Shown piece after piece: positions 49,808 to 60,036 of a DNA stretch of 64,000 nt (positions are counted from its first letter, which is position 1; every line of letters starts with the position of its first letter). The DNA lies in NCBI GenBank assembly GCA_963666925.2, contig CAXXTC010000005.1:126108-190107 (forward strand). The letters are read 5' to 3'. A program made the position numbers and the translations under genes. Below the pieces are notes generated by a model that worked only from the letters and a program-made list of their open reading frames with translations, was not told where the DNA came from and made no database searches. This DNA is from Phycisphaerae bacterium (GTDB lineage Bacteria > Planctomycetota > Phycisphaerae > UBA1845 > Fen-1342).

Positions 49808-51238
49808 CTACCCCGCCAGATCATGCCAGAGCTTCGGCAGGTAGCCGAGCACAATTGCCCCAGCCGCCAGCGCCAGCTTGCCCCAGCGCCCCGGCCAGCG
49901 ACCCAGATCCTGCGTTCCAAAAATCACGTCGGCCAGCAGCGCCCCCATCAGCACAAACATGAGCGGATTAGACATCTCGCGGAAGCGCGGCGCGAAGAAC
50001 GTCAGCACGATGCCCAGTTGATAGCTCAACAGCGGCAGCAGCACGACCGCGGTGCGACGCCACCAAATCAGTCCCAGCAGCATGGCCGCGATGCCGAGCG
50101 GTGCAATCACACGCCGATAACGCTCGAGGCATTTCAGGTTGCGACCGTGCACGGCCCGGGCCGCGGCCACCAGCGGCTCGCGCTGCGGGGCCGGGTTACG
50201 CGCATTGTGCATCACCGCGAGCTGATTCTTGTCATTCTCCGCCGTCGGCCAGAAGTACCGCGTCACCCACACATCCGGCTCCGTCCAGAACATGCGTTTG
50301 GCGCGTATCAGGCACAGCTCGGCATAGCGCCGGGGATGACTGAGAATCCATTCCTTGGCGGCCGCACTGTAGCGCCGGTTGTCCTCACCCTCGGAGATCT
50401 TCTCGCCCCAGATCGCCATCGGCCAATAGCCCCCATGTTCAGCCGTATCGTTGTTGCCCATCCAGAGGTTAATGCCGCCGGCGGTGGACAGCACCGGCCC
50501 CAGTTCGTGCCGACAATTGCGCACCAGCCACGGCGCTATGACTGCCCCGCTGACGACGACAAACAGCAGCGGCGCGAGCAGGGAAATACGCCGCCGGTGG
50601 AAACTGTAGGCCGACAGCACGAGCAGCGCCGGCGCGAAGAACAGTGCCGCCGGCCGCACCCACATCGACGCCCCGAAGGCGGCCGCTCCCAGCATCACCA
50701 GAAAAATCCGTCCCAGGCCGCGGCGCCGATCCGCCCAGGCCATCAGCAATACCGCGAGAACACCGACCGGCACGGCCAGATTCTCGCTCGCCAATACCGG
50801 CACATACGCCACGGAGGTTGGTGCAAAGCAATGCAGCGCGCCGGCGATGGCGGCCGAGCGCGGCCCGGCAATCGTGCCCGCCAGCAAAACGACCAGCGCG
50901 GTCGTCAGCGCTCCCAGGCCGGCCTGTGCAAACGCCGCCGCCGTCAAATCGTGCCCACAGCTCATGTACACCAGCGCCAAAAAACCCGGATATGCGGGCG
51001 TGCGATAGGCCCAGCGACCCTCCCAACCGAAATGCCCGCGCTCGATCCAGTGTGTGGCGAAGCTGTCGTAGCCTCGGAAATCGGACACCGGCGTGATATG
51101 CGCGATCGACGCCCAGCCCAGCCGCAGCGCCAGCGATACCAGCAGCGCGACCAGCGCAATGCACAACACACGCCGCCAGCGCCGCGAGTCGGTCGGCATG
51201 GCGGCGTCAATGTGGTTGTCGCTGTCAGTTGGCATCAT
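49808..51238 (-). CDS. GT-C fold membrane glycosyltransferase (family 39-like)
   Basis: PVSDFRGY, RTPAYPGFL, LASENL, PWLVRN, STAGGINLWMGNN, PRFR. Confidence 0.8.
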   Translation of the reverse strand: MMPTDSDNHIDAAMPTDSRRWRRVLCIALVALLVSLALRLGWASIAHITPVSDFRGYDSFATHWIERGHFGWEGRWAYRTPAYPGFLALVYMSCGHDLTAAAFAQAGLGALTTALVVLLAGTIAGPRSAAIAGALHCFAPTSVAYVPVLASENLAVPVGVLAVLLMAWADRRRGLGRIFLVMLGAAAFGASMWVRPAALFFAPALLVLSAYSFHRRRISLLAPLLFVVVSGAVIAPWLVRNCRHELGPVLSTAGGINLWMGNNDTAEHGGYWPMAIWGEKISEGEDNRRYSAAAKEWILSHPRRYAELCLIRAKRMFWTEPDVWVTRYFWPTAENDKNQLAVMHNARNPAPQREPLVAAARAVHGRNLKCLERYRRVIAPLGIAAMLLGLIWWRRTAVVLLPLLSYQLGIVLTFFAPRFREMSNPLMFVLMGALLADVIFGTQDLGRWPGRWGKLALAAGAIVLGYLPKLWHDLAG

Positions 51239-51291
51239 GTAGGTGAATCCAGATCGAACCGGAAGGGTAGCGCAGATTCCTCTGATCGAAG

Positions 51292-51361
51292 GTGGGGCGG
51301 GCGTCTCGCCCGCCGCCGGCAGTTCGCAATCGAGGCATGGCAGGCGAGACGCCCGCTCCAC
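51292..51361. repeat. REP-like inverted repeat pair
   Basis: GTGGGGCGGGCGTCTCGCCCGCC ... GGCAGGCGAGACGCCCGCTCCAC; a degenerate single copy lies at 49227-49249. Confidence 0.7.
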
Positions 51362-51435
51362 TTGTCATGTGGGGGCCACGAGAACGTGTCATGATAGCCA
51401 GCGGCGCACCACTCACAACCGCGACAGGTGTTTCT

Positions 51436-52596
51436 TCACGGATGTGCGACTTCCACTGCCGGCTCAAATGGAGCAGTGCGCATGCGGCCCTCGACCAGCA
51501 CCTCGCAGATTCGCTGGGCAGCCAGCCCGTCACCATAGACGGCCACCCGCCGCGCCATGGCCGCGTATGCCGCCGGTTCAGCTAACAGCCGCGTTGCCGC
51601 CGACACAATCCGCTCGCGATCCGTGCCGACGAGCTGCACGACGCCCGCGGCCACCGCCTCGGGCCGCTCGGTCTTCTCGCGCAGCACGAGCGTCGGCTTG
51701 CCCAGCCCGGGTGCCTCCTCCTGGATGCCTCCGGAATCGGTCAATATGAGCGTAGCCCGGCTCAACAGCGCCACGAAGTCGGTGTAGGGCAGCGGATCTA
51801 CCAGACGCACCCGCGGGCAATCGCCAAGAATCTCCCGCACGGGCTGCTGCACGTTCGGGTTCAGGTGCACGGGGTAGATCAGCTCAACATCATCAAAACG
51901 CTCGGCAATATCGCGCAGGGCGTTGCACAACTGGCGAAACGGCGGGCCGAAGCTCTCACGCCGGTGGGCCGTCACGAGCACCAGGCGTCGCTCGCCAATG
52001 TCGAGCTGCGGCGGCAGCGGCCGCTGCGCCACCCGCGCCACCATCCAATCCAGCGCATCCACCACCGTGTTGCCCGTCAGGTGGATCCGCTCGGCCGGCA
52101 CGCCTTCTGAGAGCAGGTTATCACAAGCCCGCGATGTCGGGGCAAAATGGTCATCCGCGGTGACACCCGCCACGCGCCGGTTCACCTCTTCGGGAAACGG
52201 CGCCCGCCGGTCGCGCGTGCGCAGGCCGGCTTCAACGTGTGCCACCCGGCATCCATGCAGAAAACCCGCCAGCGCCCCGGCCATCACCGTCGTCGTATCA
52301 CCCTGTACCACAACGACATCCGGCTTTTGCTCGATCAATACCGGCTCCAGCCGGGCCAGTAGCCGCGAAAGCAGCCCCGTCGGCGTCTGACCGGCCTGCA
52401 TAGCATCCAGATCCACATCCGCGGCAAGATCAAACGCGGCCAGCGCACTATCCAGCATATCACGGTGCTGCCCGGTGGCGCACAGCGTGACCCGCACCGA
52501 CGTCGGCCAACTGCGCAACTTCCGGATAACCGGAGCCAGCTTGATAACCTCCGGCCGCGTGCCGAAAACCAACAGAATGTGACGCGAATCGCTCAT
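51436..52596 (-). CDS. wecB: UDP-N-acetylglucosamine 2-epimerase (non-hydrolysing)
   Basis: FGTRPEVIK, TGQHR, VQGDT, HVEAGLRT, TAHRRE, TDSGGIQEE. Confidence 0.97.
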   Translation of the reverse strand: MSDSRHILLVFGTRPEVIKLAPVIRKLRSWPTSVRVTLCATGQHRDMLDSALAAFDLAADVDLDAMQAGQTPTGLLSRLLARLEPVLIEQKPDVVVVQGDTTTVMAGALAGFLHGCRVAHVEAGLRTRDRRAPFPEEVNRRVAGVTADDHFAPTSRACDNLLSEGVPAERIHLTGNTVVDALDWMVARVAQRPLPPQLDIGERRLVLVTAHRRESFGPPFRQLCNALRDIAERFDDVELIYPVHLNPNVQQPVREILGDCPRVRLVDPLPYTDFVALLSRATLILTDSGGIQEEAPGLGKPTLVLREKTERPEAVAAGVVQLVGTDRERIVSAATRLLAEPAAYAAMARRVAVYGDGLAAQRICEVLVEGRMRTAPFEPAVEVAHP

Positions 52597-52738
52597 TAAT
52601 GACACCGCATTTGCATCCGACCGGACGCAGATTACCATAACCTCGGACCGGCGTGGAGCACACACGCGGCATTAACAGCACAGATAGGAGAGGCCCAGTA
52701 TGGGTGGACCGGCAGCCGCGGGGGTTGATACACAAACC

Positions 52739-53878
52739 ATGAACGTTCCCTTGCTCGACCTGAAAGCACAGTTGGCGACCATCCGCCCCGAATTGCTCGC
52801 CACGCTCGAGGAGGTGCTCGACTCGACCCGCTACATCCAGGGTCCCAAAGTCGAACAGCTCGAACAAGCCGTCGCCGATTACGTCGGCGCCGCCCACGCG
52901 GTCGGGCTCAGCTCGGGCACCGACGCGCTATTGGCAGCGCTGATGGCGCTCGAAATCGGCCCGGGCGATATCGTCCTCACCACCACCTACTCGTTTTTCG
53001 CGACGGCGGGCTCGATATCACGCGTCGGTGCCACGCCGGCCCTGGTCGATATCGATCCCGATACGTACAACATCAGTGTCGCCGGCCTGCGCAACTGGTT
53101 CGACCAGAACGCCGACCAGGCCAAACGCGTCAAGGCCATCATGCCCGTGCACCTCTACGGCCAGGCAGCCGACATGGACCCGATCCTGGCGATGGCGGCC
53201 GAGCGCAACCTGGCAGTCATCGAGGACGCCGCCCAGGCCATCGGCACGAAGTACCCGGGCCAGGCAGGCGTGAAACGCGTCGGCGCGCTCGGCACCGTGG
53301 GCTGCTTCTCGTTCTTCCCGAGCAAAAACCTGGGTGCCATGGGCGACGGCGGCATGGCGGTCACCAACGACGCCGACCTGGCCGAACGGCTGCGAATCCT
53401 GCGCAACCACGGCGCGACGCAGCGCTACTACCACAAGATCATCGGCGGCAATTTCCGCCTCGACGCGATCCAGGCCGCCGTATTGATCGTGAAGATGCCG
53501 CACTTGGAGGATTGGCACACGGCTCGGCGAGCCAACGCGCAGCGTTACGACGAGCTCTTTGCTGATGTTCCCACGGTCACGCCGCCGGCCTTGCGCTACG
53601 ACCGCGAGCATCACATTTACAACCAGTACATCATCTCGGTGGAGCGTGATCGCGACGAATTGCAGCAGCACTTGCAGCAGGCCAACATCGGCAACGCGAT
53701 CTACTACCCCGTGCCGTTCCACGAGCAGGAGTGCTTCGCCCAGCTCGGCTATCGCAGCGGCCAATTCCCGCACAGCGAGTACGCCGCCAAACATACGCTG
53801 GCACTGCCGGTGTATCCGGAGCTGGACGAGCATATGCAGCGCTACACCGTGCAGCAGATCGCGCGGTTCTTCGGCTAG
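52739..53878 (+). CDS. DegT/DnrJ/EryC1/StrS sugar aminotransferase
   Basis: SSGTDAL, PVHLYGQ, IEDAAQA, SFFPSKNLG, NFRLDAIQAA. Confidence 0.95.
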   Translation: MNVPLLDLKAQLATIRPELLATLEEVLDSTRYIQGPKVEQLEQAVADYVGAAHAVGLSSGTDALLAALMALEIGPGDIVLTTTYSFFATAGSISRVGATPALVDIDPDTYNISVAGLRNWFDQNADQAKRVKAIMPVHLYGQAADMDPILAMAAERNLAVIEDAAQAIGTKYPGQAGVKRVGALGTVGCFSFFPSKNLGAMGDGGMAVTNDADLAERLRILRNHGATQRYYHKIIGGNFRLDAIQAAVLIVKMPHLEDWHTARRANAQRYDELFADVPTVTPPALRYDREHHIYNQYIISVERDRDELQQHLQQANIGNAIYYPVPFHEQECFAQLGYRSGQFPHSEYAAKHTLALPVYPELDEHMQRYTVQQIARFFG

Positions 53879-53917
53879 ACGCCGCCGGGCGCGGACCGGC
53901 CGACAGGCAACGATTCA

Positions 53918-56203
53918 ATGTCGAAAGCACCTTCCAGCCCGGCCTCCGGCGGCGGCAGCGCCGCTGACCTGGCCGCCGCCCCGACGGACGCCGCGCTGCC
54001 TTTCGAGCTGCGTGTGGGAACCGGTGCGCCGGTTCGGCTAACTCTGCGGCCCGTGCAGCCGGGCTGCTGCCGCGTTGACGGGCACCAATTGCAGTTCGAC
54101 CTGCCCGACGATCAACACGTTTATTTCAGCAGCGACGGTGCGGACGATTTCAAATCGCCGCCGCCGGTGGACGCGCTGAAGCTGGCGCCGAATACGTGGT
54201 ACACGCTCTGCGGCGACGTGGTGGCCATGGGTGCGCCGACCACGCTATGGCTGATCGAGTACAGCGATGTCGAGCGGCTAACCCACGTGCGCCACGTGCT
54301 CAATCCCGGGCCGCTGGAGATCCGCTGGCGCACGCATGTTGACCAGTGCCGGGTGCGCATGGCGCTCAAGATCGCCGGCGCCGGCAGCATCTCGCTTGAA
54401 AATCTGGAGCTACACAGCCAAGCGGAGTCGCAGCGTTTGTCGCCCGCTGAGCGTCAGCGCATCCGGGCCGAACTCGATCGGCTGCCACCGGCCGAGATCA
54501 TCACGCTCGGTCCGCTCAGCCAGCTTCAGCCGACGTTGGACGCGGGGCCGGCGGCCGCCGCCGAAGCCACACGCGACCGGTTCTTCATCGACGCCGAGCC
54601 GACCGCGTTGGTCGCGCCGGTCGATTGGCACCAGGACCAGCGGCCAAACACCGGCTGGCCACAACGGCTGAACAGTTGGTTCTTCATCGAGCCCGTGTTG
54701 CGAGCGCGGGCGGCCGACGAATATCGACCAGCTCTCGAGCGAGTGCTGCCGCTCGTTCGGCACTGGCTGGACGCCCAGCCGCTGATCGACACAACACTGC
54801 CGGCGTATGTGTGGTCGGCGCCCATGTGCAGCGCCCGGCTCGTGTACCTGACGCTGCTGCTGCGTGAGTTGCACCGCTGCGCATTGCTCGCGGATGACGA
54901 CCTGGATCTGCTCGTCACCGCCGGCGCAACACACGCCAACTGGCTCAACGACGAGCGCAACTATCGCAGCGACCACACGCAGGGTCTGCTGATGGATCTG
55001 GCGCTGACGTTGGCAGCCCGACACGCGCCATTCATGCCCGGAGCAGACGACTGGCCCAGGCTGGCACGCACCCGGTTCGCAACCACCCTCGACACGCTGG
55101 TCGACCGCGACAGCGGCCTGTGCCGCGCCCATTCACCCGACTCACAGCTCCACATCGCCAGCATCATCGCCTTCGCCGCCGAGCAGGGTGTCTTTCCGAC
55201 AGAAGAAGCCGAGCAGTTGTGTCGGCGGATCCGCGCTGCACTGGCGTGGTTCGTCGATCCGGCCGGTCGCATCGTACCGATTGGCGACACCGCCGCGATC
55301 AAAGCTCCGCCCGACGTGCAAAAACAGGCCGGCCAGACGCGCGGGCTGCACATTTTCGACCGCGGCGGCATCGCCGTCGTGCGCACCGACGACAGCCACC
55401 TGGTGTTCACCGCCGGCTATCACAACCTTTGCCACAAACACGCCGACGAACTTTCGTTCTGTCTGCACGATCGCGGCCGGCCGCTGGTGGTTGATGCGGG
55501 GAACTTCGGCTACGTCGCCGGCCATCCGGCCCGCAAGTACTGCGTGTCGGGCCGGTCGCACAACGGCCTGCTGATCGACGGGCCGGCGGTTCCGCTGCGC
55601 CAGCAGGAGCCCTACGGCAGCGCTATCCGCGCCAGCGGCACGTCCGCCGACTGGTACGCACTCCTGGGGGACAACCCGCTGCTCGCCAGCCAGCAGGCCG
55701 AGCATCAGCGTTTGCTGCTATATCGGCCCGGCGTAGCACTGCTACTGATTGATCGCGTAACCGCGACCGACGACGGACGCACCTGCACGCGTCTGCTACA
55801 CCTGGCCCCGAACATCGGCCTGATGCAGGTCGTGCCCGGGCGTTACCAACTCAACCTGCCCGACGGAACCTCCCTGCCATTGCTGGACTGGACACCAACC
55901 GGCCCGGCACGGGGCACGATCCTATTCGGGCTGCGCGCGCCACACGTACAGGGCTTCACCTTCCCCGATCGCGGCGTTTGGGAAGCCTGCCACACACTGG
56001 CGCTCACGCAGCCGCCGGAGGGAACGCTGGCGCTGCTCCTGCCGCTCAGCGCCGACGCCCTGAACGATATCGGCGATATCCGCCACGTAGCCGCCGAACA
56101 GGTCAAACAGCAGTGGCACTTCGACCTCATCACTCAGCACCAACACCTGCGCGTGAGCCAGCAAGGCGATCAGCTCGCGCTACAGATCAGCGCGGCGAGT
56201 TGA
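53918..56203 (+). CDS. Heparinase II/III-family protein
   Basis: Helical region, then PIGDT, HKHADELSF, VDAG..Y, RSHNGL. Confidence 0.8.
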   Translation: MSKAPSSPASGGGSAADLAAAPTDAALPFELRVGTGAPVRLTLRPVQPGCCRVDGHQLQFDLPDDQHVYFSSDGADDFKSPPPVDALKLAPNTWYTLCGDVVAMGAPTTLWLIEYSDVERLTHVRHVLNPGPLEIRWRTHVDQCRVRMALKIAGAGSISLENLELHSQAESQRLSPAERQRIRAELDRLPPAEIITLGPLSQLQPTLDAGPAAAAEATRDRFFIDAEPTALVAPVDWHQDQRPNTGWPQRLNSWFFIEPVLRARAADEYRPALERVLPLVRHWLDAQPLIDTTLPAYVWSAPMCSARLVYLTLLLRELHRCALLADDDLDLLVTAGATHANWLNDERNYRSDHTQGLLMDLALTLAARHAPFMPGADDWPRLARTRFATTLDTLVDRDSGLCRAHSPDSQLHIASIIAFAAEQGVFPTEEAEQLCRRIRAALAWFVDPAGRIVPIGDTAAIKAPPDVQKQAGQTRGLHIFDRGGIAVVRTDDSHLVFTAGYHNLCHKHADELSFCLHDRGRPLVVDAGNFGYVAGHPARKYCVSGRSHNGLLIDGPAVPLRQQEPYGSAIRASGTSADWYALLGDNPLLASQQAEHQRLLLYRPGVALLLIDRVTATDDGRTCTRLLHLAPNIGLMQVVPGRYQLNLPDGTSLPLLDWTPTGPARGTILFGLRAPHVQGFTFPDRGVWEACHTLALTQPPEGTLALLLPLSADALNDIGDIRHVAAEQVKQQWHFDLITQHQHLRVSQQGDQLALQISAAS

Positions 56204-56220
56204 CGGCCGAACGGGGCGAA

Positions 56221-57258
56221 TCAGTCGAACAGGGAGGGTGGCTCCTCGGGACTATTGGCGGGCGGGGTCAGGCCCAGGTGCTCGTAGGCAACCGGGCGGG
56301 CCACGCGTCCCCGCGGCGTGCGGATCACGAAACCAATTTGCAGCAGGTAGGGCTCGACCACGTCTTCAAGCGTGTCGCGTTCGTGCCCCATGGTGGCGGC
56401 GATGGCCTCGATGCCGGCCGGCCCGCCATCGTAATGCTCCATGAGGGAGCTCAGATAAGCCCGATCCAGCGTGTCCAGGCCGAGCCGATCTATCTGGAGA
56501 ATGTCCAGGGCGGCGTCGACGACCGCGGGCGTGAGCCGGCCGTCGCCGCGGACCTCGGCATAGTCACGCACCCGCCGCAACAAACGATTGACAATGCGCG
56601 GCGTGCCGCGGGAGCGCGTGGCCAAACGCTCGAGCGCGGCCGGCTGAGCCTCGACCTTCAACAAAGCGGCGTTGCGAGCCACGATGCGCACCAGCTCGTC
56701 GACGTCGTAGTAGTCGAGGTGGAACAGCAACCCGAAACGGTCACGCAAAGGGGCTGACAACAGGCCGGCCCGTGTGGTGGCACCGATCAGCGTAAAGGGC
56801 TTGAGAGCGAAATTGACCGTGCGTCCGCCGATGCCGCTCTCGGTGGTGTAATCGACCCGGAAATCCTCCAGCGCGGGGTAGAGGAACTCCTCGACGACTT
56901 TCGCCAGACGGTGAATCTCGTCGATGAACAGCACGTCGCCGACGTCCATCTGCGTCAGCAACATCATCAGGTCGCCCTGGCGGACGATCGCCGGCCCGCT
57001 GGTCACGCGAATGGTCGCACCCATCTCGTTGGCGACCACGTGGGCCAGCGTGGTCTTGCCCAGTCCGGGCGGGCCATCGAGCAGGACGTGATCCAGCGGC
57101 TCGCGGCGTTGCTGGGCAGCGGTCAGCGCGATGCGCAGTTGTTCTCGCACCGCCTCCTGCCCGACACAATCGTCCAGCCGTTGCGGGCGCAACGACGTCA
57201 GGTAACGCTCCTCGTCGGGCACTGGCCGGGAAAATACGCGCTCGATGGACATGTGCAT
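56221..57258 (-). CDS. ruvB: Holliday junction helicase RuvB
   Basis: LRP, GPPGLGKTTLA, FIDEIHRL, GATTRAG, SRGTPR, EPYL, RTPRGR. Confidence 0.97.
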   Translation of the reverse strand: MHMSIERVFSRPVPDEERYLTSLRPQRLDDCVGQEAVREQLRIALTAAQQRREPLDHVLLDGPPGLGKTTLAHVVANEMGATIRVTSGPAIVRQGDLMMLLTQMDVGDVLFIDEIHRLAKVVEEFLYPALEDFRVDYTTESGIGGRTVNFALKPFTLIGATTRAGLLSAPLRDRFGLLFHLDYYDVDELVRIVARNAALLKVEAQPAALERLATRSRGTPRIVNRLLRRVRDYAEVRGDGRLTPAVVDAALDILQIDRLGLDTLDRAYLSSLMEHYDGGPAGIEAIAATMGHERDTLEDVVEPYLLQIGFVIRTPRGRVARPVAYEHLGLTPPANSPEEPPSLFD

Positions 57259-57383
57259 AGCGTACCGCCTGGGCCGGGCCGCGCTAAGCCGGACGGTGTT
57301 GCCCCCTGGAGACAAAGCGTCGAAGCGGGCAGAATGCGCGTCTGCGAGCCCCGATGGCAACACCCCAAGCAGAGGACCGGATC

Positions 57384-59018
57384 ATGAAGCTGTATTTCGC
57401 GCTGCTGAGCGCCGCCGTGCTGTCTACCTCAACCTGGCCGGCCCGAGCCTGTACGAACCTGCTGGTCACCCGCGGAGCCTCACAGGATGGCTCGGTGATC
57501 ATCACCTACACCTGCGATGGAGAGTTTCACCCCATCCTGCGTCGCTACCCCGCCGCCGACTATCCACCCGGAGAAATGCTCGAAATCCGCCACTGGGACG
57601 GCAAGGTGTATGGCCAGATTCCGCAGGTTCGCCACACCTACGCCTTCGTCGGACTGATCAATGAGCATCAGCTCGCAATTGCCGAGACCACCTTCGACGG
57701 CCGACTCGAGCTGCGCAATCCGGACGGGGTGCTGCACTACTGGGACCTGATGAGGCTGGCACTCCAACGGGCGCGGACCGCCCGCGAGGCGATCCAGGTC
57801 ATGACCGAACTGGTGGCGGAGCACGGTTATCGGTCGACCGGCGAGTCGTTTTCCATAGGCGACACGCAGGAAGCCTGGATTATGGAGATGATCGGACCTG
57901 GGCCGGGCGGCGCGGGGGCGCTGTGGGTCGCGGTGCGCGTGCCGGACGGTGACGTGTCGTGTCATGCCAACAAGGCACGCATCGGCACCTTCCCGCTGGA
58001 CGACCCGGATAATTGCCTCTACGACCCGCGCGTAATCAGCTTCGCAACTGAAAAGGGTTATTACAACCCGGATTCCGGCACACCGTTCCGGTTTTGCGAG
58101 GCCTACAACCCCTCCACACCCCGCAATCATCGCTATGGCGACGCGCGGGTCTGGTCGTTGCTGAGGCGGGCGGCGCCGTCGCTGAACCTGTCGCCGGACT
58201 ATCATCGCGGCGTAACCGGCGCAGAACCCTACCCACTGTCAGTGCGGCCCGACCACAAGCTGTCGGTGGCAGACGTGTTCAGCCTGATGCGCGACCACTA
58301 CGAAGGCACCCCCTTCGACATGACTCAGGGGATCGACGCCGGCCCGCACGGCACGCCCAATCGCTGGCGACCGATCAACTGGGACGTGGACGGCGTGGAA
58401 TACGGCTGGGAGCGCCCCGTCTCAACCCAACAGACCGGCTTCAGCTTCGTTTCACAGTCACGCGCCGGGCTGCCCAACCCGATCGGCGGCGTATTGTGGT
58501 ACGGCGTCGACGACACCTACACCACCTGCTACGCGCCGCTGTACTGCTGCATCGACGGGCTGCCCGAATCGTACACCGTCGGCAACCTCAATCACTTCTC
58601 CTGGGATTCTGCCTGGTGGGTGTTCAACTTCGTCGCGAATTTCGCGAACATCCGTTATCGGCCCATGATCAAGGACATCCAAACGGTGCAACACGAGCTG
58701 GAGAGCAACCTGCTGGCTGCGCAGGCGTCCGTAGAGCAGCAAGCGCTGAAGTTGTACGAGTCGGATCCCGACCAGATGCGGCGGTACCTGACGGACTACT
58801 CCGTGACGCATGCCGAGCAGATCGTGCGGCGCTGGCGTGAACTCGGAGAGTACCTGATCTGTAAGTACAACGACGGGTACATCAGGGATGAGGCCGGCCG
58901 CCCCCAGGAGGCCGGCTATACCCTGGAGTGGCTGAGGCGGGTGTTGCGCGAGCGGCCCGAGCAGTTTCGGCTGCCCGAGAAACCCGCGGACTTGCCGGAA
59001 TCCAAGCTGGTCGACTGA
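57384..59018 (+). CDS. C69 family dipeptidase (Ntn hydrolase), secreted
   Basis: Signal peptide, then ACTNLLVT nucleophile; INEHQLAIAETTF, ALQRARTAREAI, MRDHYEGT. Confidence 0.9.
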   Translation: MKLYFALLSAAVLSTSTWPARACTNLLVTRGASQDGSVIITYTCDGEFHPILRRYPAADYPPGEMLEIRHWDGKVYGQIPQVRHTYAFVGLINEHQLAIAETTFDGRLELRNPDGVLHYWDLMRLALQRARTAREAIQVMTELVAEHGYRSTGESFSIGDTQEAWIMEMIGPGPGGAGALWVAVRVPDGDVSCHANKARIGTFPLDDPDNCLYDPRVISFATEKGYYNPDSGTPFRFCEAYNPSTPRNHRYGDARVWSLLRRAAPSLNLSPDYHRGVTGAEPYPLSVRPDHKLSVADVFSLMRDHYEGTPFDMTQGIDAGPHGTPNRWRPINWDVDGVEYGWERPVSTQQTGFSFVSQSRAGLPNPIGGVLWYGVDDTYTTCYAPLYCCIDGLPESYTVGNLNHFSWDSAWWVFNFVANFANIRYRPMIKDIQTVQHELESNLLAAQASVEQQALKLYESDPDQMRRYLTDYSVTHAEQIVRRWRELGEYLICKYNDGYIRDEAGRPQEAGYTLEWLRRVLRERPEQFRLPEKPADLPESKLVD

Positions 59019-59036
59019 TACGGTGCCGCGGCGCGG

Positions 59037-60011
59037 TCAGTTCTCGTCGACCGGCGGCGTTTCGGAAGCGACGGATTCCTGCGAGTCGCTGCTGCGAAGC
59101 TGCCGGCAGCGGCTCAGCACGTCCTTGCCCACAGCCTCGTAGCCCTGGATATCGAGCGGGGCGACCGCCTCGGGGTGGTCGCGGCCGACGGCCAGCAGAA
59201 ACTCGCGCACCTCCATCACCGTCGGTTCGTCGAGTTTGGGGGAGGCAACCAGCAGGCATTTCGGCAGCGCCAGGGTATGCGCGACAACACGCAGATCATC
59301 ACGCGCGGGCTCGTTTTCACGCGGATCGGTCTCGGGCAGAGCCTGCCAGTCGGCCTCGGTAATGAAGCCGGCAGCCGCACTGCCATTCGCAACGGCCTGG
59401 GCCACGGCGCGGGGGTGCGGCATATGGCGCAGCGATCCAGGCACGGGGACGGCATCGAGCGCCAGATCGGTGCGCTTCAGGCCGGCGCTGCGGATCAATT
59501 GCAGGGCAGCATGATGGGTAAGCGTGCTGTCGACCGGGCCAAAGGCGACGGCCTGGCCACGTAACTGGGCGACCTCCTCGATGGGCGAGTCGGCACGGAC
59601 GATCATGACCGCGCGTGACAGCATCTCGCCCTTGTCATCAACCGGGGCGGCCAACACGCGCAGATCGAGCGTCTCGGCCAACTCGGCGTACTGCGCCGGT
59701 GTCGCCACGGCGAGCTGGTACCAACCACTGTCGAGGCCAACCCGACTCTGAAACACGAAGCAGGGCTCGATTGAGACCGGACGATCGACGTCGGCGGAAA
59801 GCGTCCGTTGCAGAACCGTGTAACGCTGGAACGGATTCAGCGCTTTGAGAGCCTCTTCAGGCCGCTGCTCAACGATCAGGGCAATTGCCAGCGGATCCTC
59901 ACTAAGCCCGATCACACGCAACATGCGCAGGCCGGCCGTCTGGCAGCCCGTCAGACCGACCGAAAGGACGAGCAGGATCACAGCCGCGCCGGATGTCAGT
60001 GCTCTTTGCAT
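59037..60011 (-). CDS. PhnD-like phosphate/phosphonate-binding lipoprotein
   Basis: LTGC lipobox; IVRADSPI..LRGQAVAFG..ST; no permease nearby. Confidence 0.75.
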   Translation of the reverse strand: MQRALTSGAAVILLVLSVGLTGCQTAGLRMLRVIGLSEDPLAIALIVEQRPEEALKALNPFQRYTVLQRTLSADVDRPVSIEPCFVFQSRVGLDSGWYQLAVATPAQYAELAETLDLRVLAAPVDDKGEMLSRAVMIVRADSPIEEVAQLRGQAVAFGPVDSTLTHHAALQLIRSAGLKRTDLALDAVPVPGSLRHMPHPRAVAQAVANGSAAAGFITEADWQALPETDPRENEPARDDLRVVAHTLALPKCLLVASPKLDEPTVMEVREFLLAVGRDHPEAVAPLDIQGYEAVGKDVLSRCRQLRSSDSQESVASETPPVDEN

Positions 60012-60036
60012 AAGGTCTCCTTCCTTGCGCTGGCTA

